Assembly (NCBI GenBank): GCA_051362555.1
Contig: CM120641.1
Span: 46,382,401-46,446,400, forward strand
DNA: 64,000 nt
Reading direction: 5' to 3'
Source of the DNA: Lingula anatina
Taxonomy: Eukaryota; Animalia; Brachiopoda
Shown here: one piece after another, positions 54,701 to 64,000 of the stretch
Position numbering within the stretch: position 1 is the stretch's first letter
Layout of the letters: each line of letters opens with the position of its first letter
Made by a program: the position numbers and the translations under genes
The notes under the pieces: generated by a model
Databases searched by the model: none
Seen by the model: the letters and a program-made list of their open reading frames with translations, nothing else
What the model was told of the DNA's origin: nothing

Positions 54701-57700
54701 AAATGTGACAAGAAGTAAAAATGCTATAAGGGAGAAAATTTTGCTCAACTTAGTAATAATTAAACATTTAAATTCATATATATATATGAATGCTTATGCA
54801 ATAATGCCAGTGTATGTGTAGAAATCATGCATACTGTAAAAGGCTTTGATGTGAAATTATTGTTATATTTATTACCGTTATATAATTTAGATGATATTTG
54901 TTTTGCATTACTCTGATGGTACTGTATGGAGATAAATTCCTTGAAATTAAAAAGGACAGGGGACATACGTTTTGGCAATGTTTTTGTTCTTTGTTTTGTT
55001 CATATAATCCTCTTATGTGTAATTTATTGTTGTCATTTCAGAATGAGCTTTCCCAAAATCTCCAAGCGCTTTCAGAACGTGCCAGATCGGGGACGGAGTT
55101 TATTCAGAAGCTCAAAGGGATGTGTGATAAGGTGCAGGTGAGTCAGATTTTGGGAACTATTTTTAGTGTCTCGATATTTCTAGAGATAGGTAGAAAATAG
55201 TCATTGACACTTTATTCAGAAAAGTCTACAGAATTTCAAGATTTTATACTGACATCCCTCGTAAATTTTGATGTGACACCCCAGGAAATGTTCAGTTAGT
55301 GTTTTGATATGAGTGATTCATTCATTGGTAAATAATCAGATATCCCAGGATTCTACAGGAAAAGTTTGCATAATATTGAGATTTTTTTTGATACCTCAGT
55401 AAATTTTCAGTGGCATCCCAGGAAATATTCATATCATATTGAATTTTGGGTGATAAGCAAGTTGTATTCAGTGAAACCCCAGGAAATAATCATGATGTTT
55501 AAATGTTTGTTACCTTAGGTATAAATTGACTGGCAGTGGTGGCAGGAAACGCCTGCTAACCATATCACACCAACACATCCACCTTATAAGCTTGTAGTTA
55601 CACAGGGGTCAGGTGTGTTTTCACCTGCCTAGTATAGCTGTGTATGATTAATGAAGAAAGTTGCTTAATTTTAAATGTTATCTGGGTGTCAAGGTGCGGA
55701 TGTGGAGGTTAATCTTAATTGAATTTGAAAAAAAAAAAAGTAAAACTGATCATTGATTTACTGTCAACTTTTCCTGGATTGTGAAGGAGAAGGCTTGTCA
55801 GATTTTTTTTTTTTTGGTTGGGGGGTTGGGGGGGGGGGGGGTATTAACCTTGTAAGGATATGAGGGAGCCATTTGAGAAGTTTCTGGACATCTTGTACAT
55901 TAAGTTTTGGCCTAATTTGTTCAACACATCCTCTAGATCAAAACGGTAGCAGAGTGGGTGATAAGTTGGGGAAAAATATGATATTGATATATCTCTCCTT
56001 TCTTTCAGCCAAAGTGTTTTTACACATCCAGAAAAATGTGAATACTAACTGATAGACAACTAAAAACTATTTAGTATCATAACTACTTTTGAAAGGTTTT
56101 TTTCTTTCCAGAGCAAAAACATTTTACTTTACCAGCATAGCCAAGGTGCGATGTCAAGTATTTTTCTTCAATCATAGTTGACAAATTAAACCAACATGCT
56201 TGCATGATTAGAAGTATTTAATGCATGCAGTCCTACTCCCACCAGAGCGTTCAAACCTACATGCCAATGTATTATATTTATTCATTTTCAACTGAGTGAG
56301 TTTTCATGTTATGCATCATTATGTTACAGGAAACCAGTGTAGAATTCGAAGCCAGCATAGTAGCTCAATGTGATGCCTTGATAGAAGCGATGAAGAGACG
56401 CAAGCAGCAGCTCTTAGCTCAAATAGCCCATGACAAAGAGTACAAGGTGCACACGTTGAAGGATCAGGTGTCCCATTGCACGGCGGTGTTACAGAGAACC
56501 ACCGGACTGCTGCAGTTCAGTATAGAGGTTCTGAAAGAAAGTGATGCAATCTCATTTTTGCAGGTAAATCTTTTAAAACCCAGACAAAGCATCCCAACTC
56601 TCTACTTACATGTTTATTGTGGTTTAATCTCTGTTTCATCTTTGGTTGGGTTTTGAGGTATGTTTATCCAGATGAAAGGTGGTTATTGACACATAACAGA
56701 GTGCGGTGAAACATGAAATGATGAATTTTTGGAAAAAATCTTGATGAACATTCAGAATTTTGATGCAGGTATCCCCATTTACCCCTCCACCCCTTCCCAA
56801 AAAGAAAAGAAATGAAAGAATGTAAGAAAAGTATATTCCACTCCAGCATGTCCTTCTTTACCTCATAAGACTACTGTATTAGGACTCATTCCCAATAAAA
56901 CTGTCGTTATAAGTAGATCAATCCAACTCCATGGGGACTCTTACTGAATGCAACCAGATTAACACGCCCCCTCTTGTTAATCTAATTGGGTTCAGTGTAA
57001 GTTTCAGTAGGGTTGGATTGATCTACATAGAGCCCTTAGAAAGTCAGTCAAAAGTTTCCTCTAGAATCAGTTTTTATCGGTCAATGTTGTGACCCATGGT
57101 CAGCATTGGGTAGTGTGTGATCCATGGTAAATTGACCACTGCTTGTAGAACTTAACCCTGACCCCCATTAACCTTACACGACCAATGCACAGTTTCTCAT
57201 TAAACCAAGAAAATGGATATTTATGAGAAAGGTGCTTTCTTAGTATTTTCCCAAGTTTGGCAGTTGTTATTTTTCAGTTGGAGAAAATTTTTTGAATGTT
57301 TGAAATCAAAGTTGAAAGTTATTTTGATAGCCGTTTTGGTCTTCCTAAATTTTTATTGTTCCAGTGAACAATGGAGAGTAATTGCCAATATTCATAAATC
57401 AGATAATCGTTTGTTGATGATTTCGGTTCAAGACCAAAACACAGGATATCAGTCAATGTTCTGTGGGAAAGCCTAGCTGGTAATGAAAATATTGTGATAA
57501 ATAATTGAAGAGATTTTTTTCTTTTCTTCTTCTTTCTGAGCTTTAAAGCTTTGTAAACACTGAGTTTTTGTTACAATGTCAAGCCTATGTTTAGAAAACA
57601 TTCTGATGTTCTTAGGTAGTACGTTTAAAATGCGTAAAACTAGACAGAAGTAAATGGAAAGAATTATATTGTTTGATAGCTTTAGAATGCGAATTAGTAC

Positions 57701-60700
57701 AAAGTTTCATTGAAACCACAGTATGATAAACCAGGAGTACAATTTCCCCTGATGTAAAGATCAATCTCACTTAAAATGTGGACTTTTCTTTCAATCCACT
57801 GCCTCAAAGTGCATAGTCTACCTAACATATTATAGGAAGTTCATTCTAACACCTTGATAAACTGTTAGAAGTAGACTCCATTCATTTCTGAATCCAGTCG
57901 CTTTCCTTTGAAGATCGAGTCCAGAATAAATCAGTCTTGGCCTCGTATTGCAATCGGTAAATGTCAACATATTGATCACATTATGTCAGTGTATTTCAAT
58001 GTGGTACAACATTACATAATTGCTTACTGCCACTAGGAAATGTCAGAGGTCTCCCTCGTTTAAACACCAATTGTTGACCCCCCTTCCTGTACAAATTATA
58101 GCTAAGGAAAAGTTAACTCTGCAGAAAAATTTAATGGGATCAGAGTCTTGAGTAAAGGTTGGAGAAAGGCAAGGGGCTCATCACGGACCTCTTAGTAGCA
58201 GCAGGAGAGTCTGCAGTAATTGCCGTGCTGTAAGTTAAAACTGCTGGACTGCTGTTTTTTACCCGTCTTTGTGGCACCACTATGGTGTGTTCAAAGTAAT
58301 TTCTACCTATTTGCAGAGGTGTCGAATCTACCTGAGTGGACCATTAGACTCTGGTTTCCCTTACAGCTCTCCTAATAAGTGAGAAAATGATGAAAATGGC
58401 AACCGTGACTTCCTAAGAGAGATATGATTTTTCTCTCCAGGTTTTGAATGAAGATAATGGGAGGAAATACCTGACCTTTTTAGGAATATTTTTTATCTGG
58501 ATCTCCTTCATGGATATGAAAATATTGGGTTTCCCTGTCAGTGAATGATGAAAAAATTTAATCTCTTTGGCTTGATTTTTCAAGTGACACTGGTGTTCGT
58601 TTTAGTTTTTTTTTTCTCCTCAAGTTGTACTTTCTCTGTCTTATCTTAAAGTGAGCAATTTTGGAAATGTGGTGGCTGAAAAAATTGATAAAAATATCCT
58701 GCCCCTAGTTATGAAAAACATAAAAATAACTTCTGGCAAATCCGTGGAATCAAAACAACAAGTAATCTTCACTAGAACATCTTCAGAATGTTTTTGAAAA
58801 ATAAAGGAATGTCATAACATGCCAGACACGCCATTGACCATACCAGACAACCTTTATCCGGCTTCAGGCATGAAAAGAATCGAGTTCAATACCTGTTGCA
58901 GATGTAAAGATTTCTGTCTCTGGCCTAGCTCATACACATCTCTTATACCTTGCCTGGAGACTTGCCACAAAATATGTTTTTGAAAAAAAGGATCATCCTT
59001 TTTGGATCACCTGCCCGGCCACTGAGCCCTATTATCTAGACAGACATGTCTGATCTTGCGATAACACAAAACACTTGTTGTTGCTATTCCAAAAAGGCTG
59101 GCAATGTGGCATCTTTTTGGAGGTTGTTTTCTGAAGATGCTCCTTGGTATTATGGTAACCTCAGGGTCACAGATGCAATGTGGTTCTTGATAGAGAGTGG
59201 CAATAAGGTCTGTGATACTTCCAGGAGATTGGTGGTGTAATTTCATGGGAATTCAGATACACAAGGCCAGATACAGCATTTCTGTGTTAAAAAAGAAAAA
59301 AAGGGTGTGGGAATTTCACCTGTACCACCTTGTATTAATCTCTTGTTTATCATTTAACTTACCTATTATGAGGAATTCAAAAAGAGGCTGTTGCATTAAA
59401 AAAATCTTTTCTCTATCCAGATTTTTTGTTTATAGATTTTCTTATCATATAATACAGTAGAATTAATTTTTACACTTTTGCCGTTTCCTTTAGCAGTCAT
59501 TTCATTGAAAAATAAAGTATAATTTTTCATGGAGACCTTTTTAAAAGTATGAAAAAAATAGTTTAAATTTTTCCGTATTTTAAGTTGGACAGAATAAAGC
59601 AACCATGTGTTAACTATTATTTCAGGTTTCTGGAGGACTTATCAACAGAGTCGCCAATTCTGATTTGACGTTTTGCAAGGACATGGAGTTGCGACCACGA
59701 GTATCTCATGAGTTTGAACTAACGCTAGATGACCGCCAAATTCTTCATGCCATAGAGACCCTCAACTTTTTACAGAAGAAACGTAAGTCTTAAATCTAGT
59801 CATTTTTGGTCACCTTGACATTTATGGGGTAAAAATGTTAAAGATTTTTTCAACACTGGATATCATTTGTTTGAACTTGAGATCTCAAGTTTAGAGAAGT
59901 ATAATTTACTGAAGTATTTAAAAGAGTACCTTTGAAAAGAGCTGAATTGTTTTTCATGTTACAAAGAGTGCAAACTATATGCAATTGTATGCTTACACGC
60001 ACGCACGCACGCACACACGCACACCATATAAGTAGTTATAAATACAACCGCCACCAAATTGCATTTAAAGCACTGTATTGGGATAATGGTGTAGAATTAC
60101 TAATTACATGTAACTCTTTGTCAGTTATAACACACAAGTCAGGGCAACACCTACATGGTTCTGGTATAGCTCAGTCTCTGTCAGAGATCTCTACAGTGTA
60201 TTGTCACATTGACAGATGGGTTGACAGACTCGCAGTGTCAACTTGATTGTGTCCTCGGGTGATAGATGTAACTGGTAACCATACAAACTGGTTCAGAAAG
60301 ATTGATAGTATCAATGTGAGGAAATGTAGTGTTTTTCCATATTTAATGAGAAGGTGTACAACTTTGGGTATCAAAACTGAGGTAATTGGGATCTGAAACA
60401 TGGAGGAGTGAATGTAGTATATTGATGTAAAATTGCTGGAAAGATTTTGTTTCTTCTTTGTTGAATAATCCTGTTTGGTTATGGCAAAAATTATGGAAAG
60501 GTGAGACTGATAATGGCACATGTAAGTTCAGTGTGTTATTGGCAAAAAGATCAACAGTAGCTGCCGTTGATGACATAAATTGACAATATCTGGCAACTTC
60601 AGCTGAGTGTTCTTTGACATCTGCTTCGCCACGATTAAAACCTCATTGTAAAACAATGGATGATCTATTCATAGAAAAAAAGATCTGCATAATACATAAT

Positions 60701-63352
60701 GGCAACTGCTGAGTTGCACGCGCACTCCGCTGGAGGCTTATTAAAACCTGTCACTCACGAGTTTTTGATAAAAGTGGCGATATTCATCATGGGCTGCTGT
60801 GAATGAGAGGAGAAATGCTTTACTTCCATGTTTCTTCAAATCTTAGCCACAGGACTCTAATACAGGGTCTAGACACCCTTAATCAAATTTGCGTCCCTGG
60901 CCATTTGGGAAGAGCATCAAGGATTTACGTGATCTATTTTGATTCAAATCAAAACTGTGGTTTTAACTCAGAGTAGCCCTCTGTATCCAAAAGCTGGCTA
61001 TTGCTATTTATAGATTTAACACATTTTGTAAATTTGTAATGACGCCGATTACTTCAGAGTTGACGTAATTTAAGTCTCTTAGCTAAATGTTCTGAAGGCT
61101 TCTTTAGAATGGTACTGTTTTAAAACATCACAGTAGCTTGGTGGTTTTAGTAACAATATCAACATCCAATTTGTTATTGCAGCTGGATGGTCTTCCTTAA
61201 CTTTGTAGTCACATTTACAATGGAGGGCTGTTCAAGTTTTAAAAAACTTCTCTTCATCTTCTGTATTTTACTGCCCCATAAATAATACTACCATATTTTT
61301 TCAATGGATGATTATGGAGAAGGAAAAGCACTTTTCTGCAAATGGTTTCAGTAAGAATGAAAATACTGTCATGTTTGTCTTAAGTGGTGACATAATACCA
61401 TATGATCTAGTTTTTGCCAATAAAAGATATAATTGTTCCTTTGTACTACTGTAATCAATGATTAAGAGGAGGCATTGTCAGTGATGCTGAAGAAAAGGGT
61501 GAATTTAAAAAAAACTGGGTGGTAGTTTTACAAAGTCATTAGAAGAAAGGACACCTCTTTCATTTCTTCATTTAGTTCACTTACAAATAACATGCCTTTA
61601 TATTTTATGTTGTGACTGTTACAAATTATTTGTGAGCATTTTTAACAATTGCCAAGGTATCCCAAACTAACTCTATTATAATTTTGTTATTATTTATCTG
61701 GTAAATCAGGCCAGACGTACCAAGAAAACAAAGATGCAAAAGAGGGTAATAATTTTTTTCCACTGTTTAGGAATGCCATTTTATTTTGCTGTGATTTTCA
61801 AGATGTTTTTGCTTTTATTTTTAATATGATATTCCTCTACTTACTGCAAGTTGGGTGTAAGTCTTCCGCCGTCTTGTTATTATTACTAGGAAAACGTACC
61901 TCACGTTATTGGTTTCTGGGAAATTAAAGCCATGCTGTTGCTATGATATGTTTTTCAGTTTATATTAAATCCATTTTGTTTGACATTTATGTATTTATGT
62001 TTGATGTGCCACTGAAAGCATGATGCCTGTCTGTACTTATAAATTCCTGGAACCGTTTTCCTTGATCTTTCCTATTTCCTACTAATAAAAGCTGAAATAA
62101 CACCGTTTTCTTTGGGACAATTTGGGTTTTCTTTTTGTAATTGAAATGTTCTAAACTGTTAGCAGTTATATTAACCTTATTGACGGCTGCTGTGAAAGTG
62201 AAGTTTTTTTTTACATTTTCATACCATGAAAGCACAGGGATCCAGCTATGATGTGAATTTCAGTGGCACAAACCTTACCTGTTACTTTGTTATGTGCAGC
62301 ACTATATTTAATCATGTGTCCTGATACTTTTCCATTTTGCCACCATTTACTATAAAGAGCAAAACTGGTCTCGTTATTTATAAATGCATGCTATGATGTT
62401 CCTTTAGACAATTTACACTTTCTTTGATGAGCATGGATTTTGCTGTTGTATTTATCTCATGTACGTGACATTATGTGCTCCCCTGTAGCGAAATATGATG
62501 TTGCTAGTAGGAGCTTTGCGAGCATGATGGTCAATAACGGTATACTTTCTTTTCGTTTCCAAGTTTCCAGTGAAGTCAAAAATTGGCATTTATACATGTA
62601 TAGCTGTTGTATTTATGGATATCTGTACATAATGTGAGATAAACTCAGCCCCTCCAGGTTTCCATTAAAATGATTTCAGAAAAGTTGCATATTTTCAAAG
62701 AATTTTCTTGGTTGCATGCACTGTTTAATGTGTTGTTTCCTCTGCTGAGATATTGATATAGACTGTGTAATCGGGCATGGTTTTATTGGTTGCCAGTTTT
62801 TTTACTACGATTACAACTTCAGCTTTGAACATGCAATTGTAACTGGCTTTTGTACAGTGAGGACACATGGTATTTTGATAATAAAATTTGTATGAATTTA
62901 ACTTAAATATATGTTTATCTGTAATATTTTATTTTGAAATGCTATTGGTAACTTACAAGAAATAAATAACACATGAGGAGATACATGTAACAAATTTTAA
63001 CTTTAATATCAATCAACAAGAGCCAAAGAAAAAAAAATATATATAGAACATTAGTGGCCCTTACTCATGTTACTCTATTGGTTTCTCCATGCCGTTTGAC
63101 TTAGTTCAGCAGTGAGTCAAATACCCCCCCCCTCCCCCCCCCCCCCCCCCCCCCAACATCTCAGGTGAAACCCATACAATTTATTTTCAATTTTTTTGTT
63201 AATTTTTTTCAGCCCCTGGGCCTCCAATGATCATCCCTGAAGAATGCAGTGCTGAGAACAACAGCGTCACTATTGCCTGGCAACCATTCCCAGGGAGCGT
63301 CATTGATGCCTATATACTGGAGTTGGATGACGCCAACGCAGGGGCATTTAGG
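34040..63352 (+). CDS. TRIM9: E3 ubiquitin ligase TRIM9/TRIM67 ortholog, 5' part (continues beyond the window)
   Basis: Exons 34040-34828 (split RING with the SETDSGVVCNSRPNSY insert, two B-boxes), 55042-55137 and 56330-56563 (coiled coil), 59626-59782 (COS) and 63213-63352 (FN3 start, PEECSAENNSVTIAWQP). All GT-AG and phase-compatible. SPRY exons are not in the window. Confidence 0.93.
37682..37731. repeat. 25-bp tandem duplication
   Basis: CCATTATCAGAATGTAAAAACATAA occurs twice in tandem. Confidence 0.8.
56913..57026. repeat. Imperfect palindrome / MITE-like hairpin in a TRIM9/67 intron
   Basis: GTAGATCAATCCAAC (56913-56927) is the exact reverse complement of 57012-57026. Inner arms AGATTAACA/TGTTAATCT also pair. 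Confidence 0.65.
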
Positions 63353-64000
63353 GTGAGCTAAATGTTTGTTAATTGTTCTTTTTTTCTGTCAGAGTTTAGT
63401 TTACAAACCTGCTGCAAAATAAAATTGATGGACTATATCAGAATGGTAACTGTATGAGGTCATTTTATATGTCTGTTAATTTTCCATTTGACAGTAACCC
63501 TGCCCTCCTTCTCTCCAAAAAAGAGGGTGGGGTTGTCTCTAAACTTTGTTTGAAACCTTGGTTATAAGCTTATGCACAGCTGTGTACTTCTCCTACTGTA
63601 TTTCCCCCTTAAAATGTTGCTTAGAATGTTGCGAAATGTCAGTTAGTTAGTGTATATGTGGGTTCTTCTCACTGTATGAACTGGGAGAGGCTGTTTGGGT
63701 CTCAAGTACCAGGGCCCATTTGTCAATGATGGGAAGTCAAAACAGTCAATGAAATTAAACAAAATCTTGCAGCTGCCTTACTAAGTAGATGGAGTTATTC
63801 CAGAAATAACCGCACATTCCTCACTGCTAATTGTGTCTGATCTGTGATTAGTGAGCGTGTTGATATGGCACATATTTAGGCAAGTTGGAGGGGAATTTTA
63901 TACCCACAAAAATGTTGGCATGCAAAAACATCTGCTAATTGAAAATGAAAAATAATAACCAGAAGGAAAAAAGAACCCTGTCTTGGTGACAGTGGTTGCT

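Overview
AT-rich, intron-containing animal genomic DNA; an invertebrate bilaterian, mollusc/lophotrochozoan-like by my impression only. No prokaryotic features or CRISPR arrays. Gene order: 3' part of ABCB10 (+); a two-coding-exon kelch-like BTB-BACK-Kelch gene (-); BRF1 (+, 17 coding exons) with a U12-type minor intron, a GC-AG intron and a complete BTBD3/6 gene nested antisense in one intron; a small 3-exon gene (-) not recovered by the ORF track that encodes signal peptide + coiled coil + a full four-cysteine Link (Xlink) module; a full-length decayed Tc1-family transposon with perfect 28-bp TIRs; and the 5' part of TRIM9/67 (+) with a 20-kb first intron. Most notable are the secreted Link-module protein in an apparently non-chordate genome and the BTBD3/6-inside-BRF1 nesting, which mirrors the human locus. 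All exon boundaries were read and translated by hand.
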